Shown: positions 9,041 to 17,353, numbered from the stretch's first letter. The stretch is 24,000 bases of DNA from an uncultured delta proteobacterium (GCA_903843965.1 CAIMRY010000025.1:44622-68621), one strand, 5' to 3'. The notes: generated by a model not told the origin, from the letters alone. Numbers and translations: made by a program.

Positions 9041-10668
9041 GCAGGTCCGGTGGCCGGGCCGGCCGGCCCGGATGAGGTTTGGCCGGAGCTGGTCTCCAGC
9101 CTGAGCAGCGGGAAGAGGATGACCTCGCGGATGGACGGGGAGTCGGTGAGCAGCATGACCAGGCGGTCGATGCCCACGCCCTGCCCGGCAGCCGGAGGCA
9201 TGCCGTACTCCAGCGCGCGCACGTAGTCCTCGTCCATGAAGTGCGCCTCGTCGTCGCCTGCGGCCTTTTCCTGCACCTGGTCCTCGAAGCGGCCGCGCTG
9301 GTCCACGGGGTCGTTCAGCTCGCTGAAGGCGTTGGCCAGCTCGCGGCCCACCACGAACAGCTCAAAGCGGTCGGTGATCTCCGGGTTGTCCTCGTTGCGG
9401 CGGGAGAGCGGAGAGATGTCCGTCGGATAATGATAGATGAAGTGCGGCTGGATGAGCTTGGGCTCCACGAAGATGTCGAAGAGCTTGGCTTGGAGCTTGC
9501 CCAGCTTTTCGCCCTTGACGACCTTCTCGCCGCTCTTCTTCACCAATGCGGCGCAGCGTTCGTAGTCCTTGTAGTCGGCCGGGTCAACGCCGCCGATCTG
9601 CTCCAGCGAGTCGTGGAAGCTTATGCGCGTCCACTTGCCCGGCGTCAGGTCGATCTCCATCTCCTGGTAGGTCACGATGGTGCTGCCGCACACGTCGCGG
9701 GCCACGATGGAGAGCATGTCCTCGGTCAGGTCCATGAGGTCCGTGAAGTCGGCATAGGCCCAGTAGAACTCCAGCATGGTGAACTCGGGGTTGTGCCGGG
9801 TGCTGATGCCTTCGTTGCGGAAATTGCGGTTGATCTCGTAGACCTTTTCGAACCCGCCCACGAGCAGGCGCTTCAGGTACAGCTCGGGCGCGATGCGCAT
9901 GTACAGCTTCATGTCCAGCGCGTTGTGGTGCGTCTCGAAGGGCCGCGCCGTGGCGCCGCCGGGAATGGGCTGCATCATGGGCGTCTCGACCTCAAGGAAG
10001 CCCCTGGCGTCGAGGTAGTTGCGGATGCCGCGCACGATCATGGTGCGCTTGCGGAAGATCTCGCTGGTGCGCGGGGTCACGATGAGGTCCACGTAGCGCT
10101 GGCGGTAGCGGGTCTCCATGTCCTTCAGCCCGTGGTACTTCTCCGGCAGGGGCCGCATGGACTTGGTCACCAGGACCACGGACCTGGCGCGCAGGGTCAG
10201 CTCGCCGGTCTTGGTGCGGAAGAGGTCGCCGCTGATGCCCAGGATGTCGCCGATGTCGTACTTTTTGAAGAGCTGGTAGGCCTCCGCGCCGAGGTCGTCG
10301 CGGGCCACAAAGATCTGCATGGACGCGCTGGAGTCCTGGAGCTTGACAAAGGTGACCTTGCCAAACGAGCGCAGCGAGCGCACGCGCCCGGCCACGGCGA
10401 ACACGCGGCCCACGGCCGCCAGCCCGTCATCGTCCATGTCCGTGTAGGCGGAGACGATGTCGGCCAGGTCCGTGTCCCGGCGGAAGGTGTTGGGGTACAG
10501 GGACACGTTCTCGTCGAGCAGGGCGCAGGCCTTGTCGATGCGGCCCTTGAGCACGTCGTTCAATTCATCGCGCGCGGCCAAGGCGTCCGCCAGGGGCTTG
10601 AAGCGCCCAGCGTGCTTCGACCCGGCGTGGCTGTCTGCCCCGCCGTTGCGTTGTTCGTTGTCGGCCAA
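9037..10668 (-). CDS. lysS: Lysine--tRNA ligase, class II
   Basis: 543 aa. OB-fold anticodon-binding region ([27 protein letters not shown]) and class II motifs ([21 protein letters not shown]; [20 protein letters not shown]; [20 protein letters not shown]). Confidence 0.92.
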   Translation of the reverse strand: MADNEQRNGGADSHAGSKHAGRFKPLADALAARDELNDVLKGRIDKACALLDENVSLYPNTFRRDTDLADIVSAYTDMDDDGLAAVGRVFAVAGRVRSLRSFGKVTFVKLQDSSASMQIFVARDDLGAEAYQLFKKYDIGDILGISGDLFRTKTGELTLRARSVVLVTKSMRPLPEKYHGLKDMETRYRQRYVDLIVTPRTSEIFRKRTMIVRGIRNYLDARGFLEVETPMMQPIPGGATARPFETHHNALDMKLYMRIAPELYLKRLLVGGFEKVYEINRNFRNEGISTRHNPEFTMLEFYWAYADFTDLMDLTEDMLSIVARDVCGSTIVTYQEMEIDLTPGKWTRISFHDSLEQIGGVDPADYKDYERCAALVKKSGEKVVKGEKLGKLQAKLFDIFVEPKLIQPHFIYHYPTDISPLSRRNEDNPEITDRFELFVVGRELANAFSELNDPVDQRGRFEDQVQEKAAGDDEAHFMDEDYVRALEYGMPPAAGQGVGIDRLVMLLTDSPSIREVILFPLLRLETSSGQTSSGPAGPATGPA

Positions 10669-10857
10669 AACGGGTATCTCCCTGGGATGTGCGGACTCTA
10701 AAGAAAGTCTTAAGCGATGCGCCTATGCTGGAATCCTGCCTAAGCCATCCGCCCCTGGCAGTCAAGGCGGAGATACTCTCCGGCGCAGGTGAAGTCAAAG
10801 CCAAAGATGGCGCGGGAAAAGGCCTGGCGGACTTGCCGGGCGATGGCGAGAAAATCC

Positions 10858-10886
10858 TTGACCCATGCCGGTAGTTTTGCTTAAAG
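10858..10886 (+). promoter_or_regulatory. Putative sigma70-type promoter for tRNA-Asn
   Basis: TTGACC (10858-10863), a 17 nt spacer, then TTAAAG (10881-10886). This would start transcription about 20 nt before the tRNA. The -10 element is weak (3/6 to TATAAT). Confidence 0.3.
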
Positions 10887-10912
10887 AAGCCTCCGCCGCA
10901 TCACGCGGCTCT

Positions 10913-10988
10913 TCCCCGGTAGCTCAATCGGCAGAGCGGGTGGCTGTTAACCACTAGGTTCGCGGTTCAAGTCCGTGCCGGGGAGCCA
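10913..10988 (+). tRNA. tRNA-Asn (anticodon GTT), CCA encoded
   Basis: Hand-folded cloverleaf. Acceptor stem TCCCCGG/CCGGGGA, D stem GCTC/GAGC, anticodon stem GGTGG/CCACT with loop CTGTTAA (anticodon GTT), T stem CGCGG/CCGTG with loop TTCAAGT, discriminator G, then CCA. Confidence 0.9.
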
Positions 10989-10998
10989 AAGAGAGCAA

Positions 10999-11033
10999 GG
11001 GCTCCAGATGACAGTCTGGGGCCCTTTTTCTTT
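10999..11033 (+). terminator. Rho-independent terminator after tRNA-Asn
   Basis: GGGCTCCAGA (10999-11008) pairs with TCTGGGGCCC (11015-11024): 10 bp including one G-U pair, with a 6 nt loop. Followed by TTTTTCTTTG. Confidence 0.65.
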
Positions 11034-11120
11034 GTCTGGCGGTTGTGCCCCGCTCTTACGCAGTCCCACGGGCACCGCTCCTGGCCTGGCGGAGCAGACG
11101 AGCCAGCGGCAGGCCCCCTC

Positions 11121-11294
11121 CTAGGTCTTACGAATTAGCGCCTGCGTGCACCAAGTCGTCTCATTCCCGTAGAGATCATGCTGCGTGGCCGTCGAGACAC
11201 CGCCCAGCGGCTCCCAGCCTTGCTGGAGAAGCCTGTTCACTTCAGCTTCCAGATCCTTAGACGCATCATGCAACAGTTTGTATTCCAAAGCCAT
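11121..11294 (-). CDS. Small DUF1737-like protein (57 aa)
   Basis: MALEYKLLHDASKDLEAEVNRLLQQGWEPLGGVSTATQ... resembles the DUF1737 pattern (small alpha/beta protein with a GWEP-GGV block), identified from memory of the family. The ATG at 11294 is preceded by AAGGAGG with 5 nt spacing, so the longer 65 aa form in the track is unlikely. Confidence 0.5.
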   Translation of the reverse strand: MALEYKLLHDASKDLEAEVNRLLQQGWEPLGGVSTATQHDLYGNETTWCTQALIRKT

Positions 11295-11753
11295 GCCACC
11301 CTCCTTGATCACGCACACTGAAGCGCTGCCCGCGTTCCACGTTGCCGGTGGCGTTGCGCAGGCACATTGCCACCGCTCGCCAATCTCATAACTTCCTGCT
11401 ATTCAATTGCCTGACGAGCGGCAAGATTATTATGGCCTGCCGCCAGCGGGTGTCCTCATGGCGTGATTCGCCTGCGTCCCCCCTAGCCTGGCTCCAACAT
11501 GGCGGAATTCCTGGTCCGGGCCCAGGTGGGCACGGCAAACCCGGCAACGCCGGCAGGGACGTCTGCGCGCGCCGGGACCGCCGCCCATGACCTGGGGGAG
11601 GCGGTTCTTTGGAGTTGAATTGAGACTCCTGATAACGTAGAGCTACGTAATCTCGGAACGAGAATACCCCAGGATCTGGCTTGTCATGCATGTTTGAGGA
11701 TCCGACGCCCTTGCGCGGACCCCAACACCAAACCCTCTTGCCGGAGAAAACCC

Positions 11754-12548
11754 ATGGCCGCGAAGAATTCCGTGCTGTCCGCGCTTGATGCTGATCTGTC
11801 GATCCGTGTCCTGAACCAGATTCCCACCCCGGTCATGGCCGTGGACAAAGACTTCAAGATCGTCTTCATGAACGAGGCCGGGTGCACTCTTTTGGGCCTG
11901 CCCCTGGACGAGATCACCCGGTTCAAATGCTCGGAGCTTATGAACTCCCTGCACTGCGGCACGCCGGAATGCCGCATGAATCAGGCCATGGACAACGGAA
12001 TCTGCGGCACTGCGCGCAACGAGGTGAACATCGACGGTCGAGCCGTGCCCATTGCGCCCTTAAAGGATGATGCGGGCAACATCATCGGCGGCGTGGAATA
12101 TGTCATCGACATCACCAGCCGCGTGCGCGACGAGCAAAAGCTGCGCGAGCAGAGCCGCACCATCATGGAGATCTCCACCCCGGCCATCAGCCTGTGGGAG
12201 GGCATCGTGGTGCTGCCCGTGGTCGGCGTGGTGGACTCCATGCGCGCCCAGCAAATGATGAACACCATGCTCGCCAAGATCAAGGAGAGCTCGGCCAAGA
12301 TCATCATCCTGGACATCCAGGGCGTGGCCGCAGTCGATACCGCCGTGGCCAACCACCTGATCAAGATCACCAAGGCCACCAAGCTCATGGGCTGTCGCTG
12401 CCTGATCTCCGGCATCTCCCCGGCTGTGGCCGAGACCCTGGTGCAGCTCGGCATCGACCTGGGCGACGTGGCCACCAACGCCACCCTGAAGGACTCCCTG
12501 GGCGAGGCCTTCGAGCTGCTGCGTTACGAAGTGCGCAAGTCCAAGTAG
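11754..12548 (+). CDS. rsbR: RsbR-like stressosome scaffold/sensor: N-terminal PAS (4-Cys) + C-terminal STAS
   Basis: Start chosen at the ATG at 11754 (GGAGAAAACCC upstream). PAS-like N-terminus (LNQIPTPVMAVDKDFKIVFMNEAGCTLLG...GGVEYVIDIT). The C-terminus (STPAISLWEGIVVLPVVGVVDSMRAQQMM...ILDIQGVAAVDTAVANHLIK...ISGISPAVAETLVQLG) matches the RsbR STAS domain, including both Thr phospho-acceptor contexts. Confidence 0.85.
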   Translation: MAAKNSVLSALDADLSIRVLNQIPTPVMAVDKDFKIVFMNEAGCTLLGLPLDEITRFKCSELMNSLHCGTPECRMNQAMDNGICGTARNEVNIDGRAVPIAPLKDDAGNIIGGVEYVIDITSRVRDEQKLREQSRTIMEISTPAISLWEGIVVLPVVGVVDSMRAQQMMNTMLAKIKESSAKIIILDIQGVAAVDTAVANHLIKITKATKLMGCRCLISGISPAVAETLVQLGIDLGDVATNATLKDSLGEAFELLRYEVRKSK

Positions 12549-12590
12549 CATGGCTGGCAAAAAGGCCTGCTTTTTCGCGGAGCATCGCCC

Positions 12591-13073
12591 ATGATCGACC
12601 AGGCTTTCGCCAGCCATGGCATGCACGTCATCGACGGCGTGCTTGTGGCCCAGGCTCCAGACAGCATTGAGGACGCGTCCCTGCGCCAGTTTCAGTCCGG
12701 GCTGCTCAGCCGGGTGCACGCCACCTCGCCGCGTGGCGTCATCCTCGACGTCTCGCGCGTGCGGCTCCTGGACTCCACCTCCTACGCGCTCTTGGCCGAC
12801 GCGGGCCGCATGGCGGCCATGCTCGGGGCGCGGGTGATCTTCGTGGGCTTCCAGCCCGGCGTGGTCTCGGCCCTGATGGACCTGGACGTGGACGTGGGCG
12901 CCCTGATCACGGCGCGCACCCTGGAGGACGGCATGGAGCTTATACGCCCGGCCCTGCGGGTAATCGAAGAGGACCCGGAGGAACAGGCCTCGGACGATTA
13001 CAAGCCGGAGGACGCCGCTGCAGGGGACGGGCAGTCCCAGACCGAGCCCGGCCAGGAGACCAAGACCCCATGA
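12591..13073 (+). CDS. rsbS: RsbS-like single STAS-domain stressosome protein
   Basis: 160 aa. VILDVSRVRLLDSTSYALLADAGRMAAMLGARVIFVGFQPGVVSALMDL matches the RsbS core, including the Ser in the L-D-S context (B. subtilis S59 equivalent). Acidic low-complexity tail. Its stop overlaps the rsbT start (ATGA). Confidence 0.8.
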   Translation: MIDQAFASHGMHVIDGVLVAQAPDSIEDASLRQFQSGLLSRVHATSPRGVILDVSRVRLLDSTSYALLADAGRMAAMLGARVIFVGFQPGVVSALMDLDVDVGALITARTLEDGMELIRPALRVIEEDPEEQASDDYKPEDAAAGDGQSQTEPGQETKTP

Positions 13074-13489
13074 CCCCGGCGCGCATCAGCGAAGAAGTAC
13101 ACATCGACCTCGCCCTGCCCTCGGACAACGCCGGGGCCATCTGCACGGCCAAGCGGCTGGCCGGGCAGGCGGGCTTCGACGAGGCCGGGCAGAGCCTCAT
13201 CGCCACAGCGGTGTCCGAGCTGGCCACCAACATCCTGCGCTATGGCGGCGGAGGCGAGGTGGTGCTGCGCCTGATCCATGAGCCGGGACGCAGCGGCATG
13301 GAGATCCTGGCCGAGGACCACGGCCCCGGCATCCGCAACATCGAGAGGGCCATGCAGGACCACTTCAGCACCGGCAAGAGCCTGGGCCTGGGCCTGCCCG
13401 GCGTCAAAAGGCTCATGGACGAGTTCTTCATCAACTCCAAGCCCGGCGTGGGCACCCTGTGCATCGCCCGCAAGTGGAGGCGGCTCTAG
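13070..13489 (+). CDS. rsbT: RsbT-like GHKL serine/threonine kinase (switch protein)
   Basis: 139 aa. N box AVSELATNILRYG and G boxes EDHGPGI and GKSLGLGLPGVKRLMDEF. Size and position (after rsbR and rsbS) are as in rsbRST modules. Confidence 0.85.
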   Translation: MTPARISEEVHIDLALPSDNAGAICTAKRLAGQAGFDEAGQSLIATAVSELATNILRYGGGGEVVLRLIHEPGRSGMEILAEDHGPGIRNIERAMQDHFSTGKSLGLGLPGVKRLMDEFFINSKPGVGTLCIARKWRRL

Positions 13490-14077
13490 ATGGGTACCGT
13501 CGACTGTCACCTGGTCCTGAAGCCCCTGACCGGGCTCTTGGAGGAATGCGGCGACACGGGAGTGGTCGTCGCGGGCGAGGCGTCCTGCTTCGCGGCCCTG
13601 GTTGACGTGCTGGGCCACGGACCAGAGGCGCGCCAGTCGGCCATCGTGGCCGAAACCTTTCTGCCGGGCTGCGCCGGGGCGGACCTGACCGTCTCGCTCA
13701 AGGGCTTGCACGAAAAGCTGCGGCGTGGGCGCGGGGCCGTGGCCACCCTGCTGGAGCTTGATCTCGCCAGCGGTGAGTTGCTGGTGGCGGGAGTCGGGAA
13801 CATCACCACCCGCGTCTTCGGCGTCGAGCATACCCGCGTGCTCCCGCGCGACGGCATCGTCGGTTATTCCATGAGCACCCCGCGCGTGCAGCGTCTGCGC
13901 CTGCGCATCGGCGATGTGGTCCTGCTCTATTCCGACGGCATCCGCGAGTCCTTTGAGCTGCACGACTGCCCCGGCCTGCTTGCGGGCAGCGCCAAGGAGA
14001 TCGCCGAGCGCGTCATGAAGGCCTTCCGCAAACAGGACGACGACGCCTCGTGCCTGGTGCTGAGGTACACGGCATGA
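13490..14077 (+). CDS. rsbX: RsbX-like small PP2C/SpoIIE-family feedback phosphatase
   Basis: 195 aa with PP2C-type motifs CGDTGVV, LVDVLGHGPEA, LLVAGVGNI, VLLYSDGI and QDDDASCLVLRY. The ATG follows the rsbT TAG with no gap. Confidence 0.75.
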   Translation: MGTVDCHLVLKPLTGLLEECGDTGVVVAGEASCFAALVDVLGHGPEARQSAIVAETFLPGCAGADLTVSLKGLHEKLRRGRGAVATLLELDLASGELLVAGVGNITTRVFGVEHTRVLPRDGIVGYSMSTPRVQRLRLRIGDVVLLYSDGIRESFELHDCPGLLAGSAKEIAERVMKAFRKQDDDASCLVLRYTA

Positions 14078-16107
14078 TCCCCCTGGGCGAATTTCTGGTC
14101 GAGGACGAGGTGACCTTCAACGAGTCGCGGCGAAAGGTCCTGCGGCTGGCCCAGGCCCTGGGCTTTGACGAGATCGGGGCCACCCGGCTGGCTATGGCCT
14201 ATTCCGAGCTTTGCCGCCTGGGCGTGGACCGGCCCGGCGGCGTGCGGACGCACCTCGGCCTTGAGGAGCAGCCTGGCGGCCTGGCCTTGGGCGTCGACTT
14301 CGCCTTCAGCGCCAATACCGGCGCGCCGCTTGTAGCGGACGCATTCTTTCGTTCCTTCACGGCCATTCCCGGCGCAGCCTGGTCCTACCGGGGCCTGTTG
14401 CCCCTGCCGGACCACTGCTTCCGCCTCGACGAGGAGCTGCTGGAGAGCCTGCGCAGTCGTCTGGCCCATCCCTCGCGCGAGGAGCTGCTGCGCGACCTGA
14501 GGAACAAGAACGCCGCGCTGGAACAGGAGATCACCAAGCGCATGCAGAGCGAGGAGGAGATCAAGCGCCAGCGCACCCTGCTGGACACCCTGGTCAACTC
14601 TCTGCCGCAGCTCATCTACTCCAAGGACACAAGCGGCACGTACCAGATCGTCAACAACGCCCTGTGCGAGATGCTGGGCCTGCCCGTCTGGGAGGTCCTG
14701 GGCAAGAACGCCAGCGAGCTCTTCCGCCCGGAAACGGCGGAGCGCATCAACCGCGCCGACCACAGGACCTTCACGGAGAAGCATCTCACCACCGAGGTGG
14801 ACTGGCGCACCTACCCTGATGGCCGCAAGGCGATCTTCGACATCATCCGTGTGCCCGTGCTGGACGAGCAGGGCGAGGCCACGGGCCTGGTCGGAGCCTT
14901 CACCGACATCACCGAGCGCATGCGCATGGAAGAGGCTGTGCGCGAAAGCGAGGTCAAGTACCGCGAGCTGGTGGAGAACGCCAACAGCATCATCCTCAAG
15001 CTGGACATGGACGGACGCATCACCTTCTTCAACGAGTTCGCCCAGAAGTTCTTCGGCTTTACGCCAGAGGAGATCCTGGGCCAGAGCATCGTCGGCACCA
15101 TCGTGCCCGAGAGCGAGTCCACAGGCCGCGACCTTGCGGCCTTCATCCAGGATCTGGTCAGGAACCCTGGCCAGCACGCCCGCAACGAGAACGAAAACGT
15201 CACCAAGGACGGCGAGCGCGTCTGGGTGGGCTGGACCAATCAGGCCCTGCGCGACGACGCCACCGGCCAAGGCCTGGGCGTGCTCTGTGTGGGCTCGGAC
15301 GTTACGGCCCAGAAGATCGCCCAGCTGCAGCGCGACGAGGCCCTGGAGCTCATCTCCGGAAGCATCCGCTACGCCAGCCGCATCCAGCAGGCCGTGCTGC
15401 CCGCGCCGGAGTTCCTGGCCGCGCTCTTCGCCGAGCATTTCGTGCTCTGGCAGCCACGCGACGTGGTCGGCGGCGACATCTTCTGGAGTGTGCCCTGGGG
15501 CCAAGGCGGCCTGTTCGTTTTGGGCGACTGCACCGGCCACAGCGTGCCCGGGGCCTTCATGACGCTGATCACCACCGGGGCCCTGGCCAAGGCCCTGCGC
15601 GACGTGGAGCCCGGCGACGTGGCCGGGCTGGTCAGCCACACCCACCAATTGGTGCAGACGGGCCTGGGCCAGCATGTGGACACCGGCGGCTCGGACGACG
15701 GCATGGAGCTGGGCGTCTGCTACATCCCGCAGGATAGGGCCAACCTGCGCTTCTGCGGGGCGCGCTTCAGTCTGTTCCTGCTGGAGAACGGCGAGGTGGC
15801 CGAGCACAAGGGCGACCGCAGAGGCATCGGCTACCGGGGCATCTCCCTGGACTTCCCCTTCACCGCTCAGGACTTCGCCCTCGCCCCTGGCCAGCGCTTC
15901 TTCCTGACCAGCGACGGGCTGCTGGACCAGATCGGCGGGGAGCGCAGGCGCAGCTATGGCAAGAAACGCTTTATGGAGCTGCTTGTCGGGCTCTGCGGCC
16001 AGCCCCTTGCGACGCACCCGGAGCGCATCATGGAGAGCCTGCGCGCCTATCAGGGCCAGGAGAAGCGCCGCGACGACGTGTCCGTGGCGGGCTTTCGGGT
16101 GGTCTGA
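14074..16107 (+). CDS. Multidomain PP2C (SpoIIE-type) phosphatase: degenerate GHKL-like N-domain, coiled coil, 2 PAS, PP2C (RsbU/SiaA analogue)
   Basis: Start placed at the ATG at 14074, overlapping the rsbX stop (ATGA). Two PAS domains (LIYSKDTSGTYQIVNNALCEMLG...; IILKLDMDGRITFFNEFAQKFFG...VGSDVT). PP2C motifs ASRIQQAVLP, VGGDIFW, LGDCTGHSVPGAFM, DDGMELGVC, FFLTSDGLLDQ and RRDDVSVAGFRV. Confidence 0.85.
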   Translation: MIPLGEFLVEDEVTFNESRRKVLRLAQALGFDEIGATRLAMAYSELCRLGVDRPGGVRTHLGLEEQPGGLALGVDFAFSANTGAPLVADAFFRSFTAIPGAAWSYRGLLPLPDHCFRLDEELLESLRSRLAHPSREELLRDLRNKNAALEQEITKRMQSEEEIKRQRTLLDTLVNSLPQLIYSKDTSGTYQIVNNALCEMLGLPVWEVLGKNASELFRPETAERINRADHRTFTEKHLTTEVDWRTYPDGRKAIFDIIRVPVLDEQGEATGLVGAFTDITERMRMEEAVRESEVKYRELVENANSIILKLDMDGRITFFNEFAQKFFGFTPEEILGQSIVGTIVPESESTGRDLAAFIQDLVRNPGQHARNENENVTKDGERVWVGWTNQALRDDATGQGLGVLCVGSDVTAQKIAQLQRDEALELISGSIRYASRIQQAVLPAPEFLAALFAEHFVLWQPRDVVGGDIFWSVPWGQGGLFVLGDCTGHSVPGAFMTLITTGALAKALRDVEPGDVAGLVSHTHQLVQTGLGQHVDTGGSDDGMELGVCYIPQDRANLRFCGARFSLFLLENGEVAEHKGDRRGIGYRGISLDFPFTAQDFALAPGQRFFLTSDGLLDQIGGERRRSYGKKRFMELLVGLCGQPLATHPERIMESLRAYQGQEKRRDDVSVAGFRVV

Positions 16108-16411
16108 CCCGGGTTGGGGCCAACAGGATGAATTTTCTGGATTGGCTCTCAGGCTGTGTTTCGTGCACAAAGAGAATGATGCGGACCAGTGGAGACCTAA
16201 GCTGGCACGCTCAAGACCCGATCCGGCGGCGCTCCCCAAAGAACGCTTCCGGCGGTCTGGTCGAACCCCCAGGCTGGCCGAAGTCTGGCCGCAGTCGGGC
16301 CGGAATCGGGCCGGAACCTCGCCAGGCCAACCTGGCTCCGGCCTTTGAACGAGGGCTCCTGGACAGCGTGTCCGAAATCTGTCAGCCCCCCCTGTGGAAT
16401 CGGAGGAACAC

Positions 16412-16957
16412 ATGCTCGCCAATGAAATGTTCGACCTGCGCAACACCCTGGACCAGCAGGGCATCACCTTCTGTTACTCCGGCTACATGACCGAGGCCAT
16501 ATTGTTTGGCATCGGCAACGCCATCAAGACCCACATGGAGATCGGCGACGCCGACGCCAAGCTGGCCAAGGGCGTCTTCGCCGTGTTCGTGGAGCAGGTG
16601 CAAAACGTCATCCGCTACTCCGCCGAGAAGGTCGGCAAGGAGGACGCCTCCGAGTTGCGCTACGGCATCCTGACCGTGGGCACCATGGGCGAAAAGCCCT
16701 TTGTGGCCTGCGGCAACATGATCGAGATCAAGGACGCCGACCGCCTGCGGGACTCGCTCACGCACATCAAGGGCCTGGACAGGGACGGCCTCAAGGCGCT
16801 GTGGAAAGAGACCCTGCGCGGGGAGGTCCCGGAAGGCAGCAAGGGCGCCGGCGTGGGCTTCATCGACATCGCCCGGCATGCACGCGGCGGCATCGATTTC
16901 GACTTCCGCACGGTTGACGATGCGTACGTCTTCTTCACTCTCAAAGCACTTCTATAG
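16412..16957 (+). CDS. SiaB-like small GHKL-type protein kinase
   Basis: 181 aa from the ATG at 16412 (GGAGG 5 nt upstream; the track's GTG at 16394 is less likely). Pattern ITFCYSGYMTEAIL...VFVEQVQNVIRYS (N-box-like) ...SKGAGVGFIDIAR (G-box-like). Size and position immediately upstream of a DUF1987 gene fit the SiaB family. Family assignment is from memory, not a search. Confidence 0.65.
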   Translation: MLANEMFDLRNTLDQQGITFCYSGYMTEAILFGIGNAIKTHMEIGDADAKLAKGVFAVFVEQVQNVIRYSAEKVGKEDASELRYGILTVGTMGEKPFVACGNMIEIKDADRLRDSLTHIKGLDRDGLKALWKETLRGEVPEGSKGAGVGFIDIARHARGGIDFDFRTVDDAYVFFTLKALL

Positions 16958-16970
16958 CAGGGACACACCC

Positions 16971-17351
16971 ATGAACACACTCCACATGCCAGCCACCGAG
17001 CGCACCCCTGAACTCCTGTTCGATTTCGCGGCCAACACCTTTTCGCTCAAGGGCGAGTCCTATCCGGAAAACATCGCCGAGTTCTACAGCAGTCCCGTGG
17101 GCCAGCTCAAGGAGCACCTGACCGCCCAGAAGGGCCAGAAGATCACCTTCCAGTTCGAGCTGCCCTACTTCAACAGCTCCAGCGCCAAGATCATCCTTGG
17201 CCTGTTCTCCATGCTGGAGCAGGCGGCCGTGGACGGCAACAAGGTGCTCATCACCTGGACCTGCGAGGAAGGCGACGACATGCAGGAGATGGGCGAGGAG
17301 TTCGCCGAGGACCTCGACGCCGCCAAGTTCGAACTGAAGTTCCTGGGCTAG
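16971..17351 (+). CDS. SiaC-like DUF1987 regulatory phosphoprotein
   Basis: 126 aa from the ATG at 16971. TPELLFDFAANTFSLKGESYPENIAEFYSPV...FQFELPYFNSSSAKIILGLF matches the DUF1987 pattern (TP-v-fd, G-S-PEN, YfN(T/S)SS-k). Confidence 0.75.
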   Translation: MNTLHMPATERTPELLFDFAANTFSLKGESYPENIAEFYSSPVGQLKEHLTAQKGQKITFQFELPYFNSSSAKIILGLFSMLEQAAVDGNKVLITWTCEEGDDMQEMGEEFAEDLDAAKFELKFLG

Positions 17352-17353
17352 CC

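Noticed and set aside
11386-11691. 101 aa minus-strand ORF (and 11342..11590 plus strand) in the gap between the DUF1737 gene and rsbR
   Set aside because: Pro/Gly/Arg-rich, with no RBS and no family resemblance. I left 11295-11753 unannotated rather than force a call.
10913-11753. Possible integrated mobile element at the tRNA-Asn 3' end (small orphan gene plus about 460 nt of non-coding DNA next to a tRNA)
   Set aside because: There is no integrase, no other phage or IS gene, and by eye I found no direct repeat of the tRNA 3' end (GGTTCAAGTCCGTGCCGGGGAGCCA) downstream. A systematic repeat search would be needed to reopen this.
12559-12575. Hairpin AAAAAG-gcctg-CTTTTT between rsbR and rsbS, considered as a terminator or attenuator
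   Set aside because: It has only a 6 bp, almost all A/T stem, too weak for an intrinsic terminator. It probably does not interrupt rsbR-rsbS co-transcription.
16203-16217. Sigma-54-like -24 element TGGCAC in the 304 nt gap
   Set aside because: The -12 position reads AGAC rather than TTGC after the 5 nt spacer (TGGCAC-GCTCA-AGAC), so it does not fit the bipartite consensus.
13927-16467. 846 aa ORF on the minus strand, the longest but one in the track
   Set aside because: It is antisense to the well-supported PAS-PP2C phosphatase gene. The product is Ala/Gly/Arg/Leu/His-rich with no recognisable motif. This is a typical stop-free shadow frame in GC-rich coding DNA.
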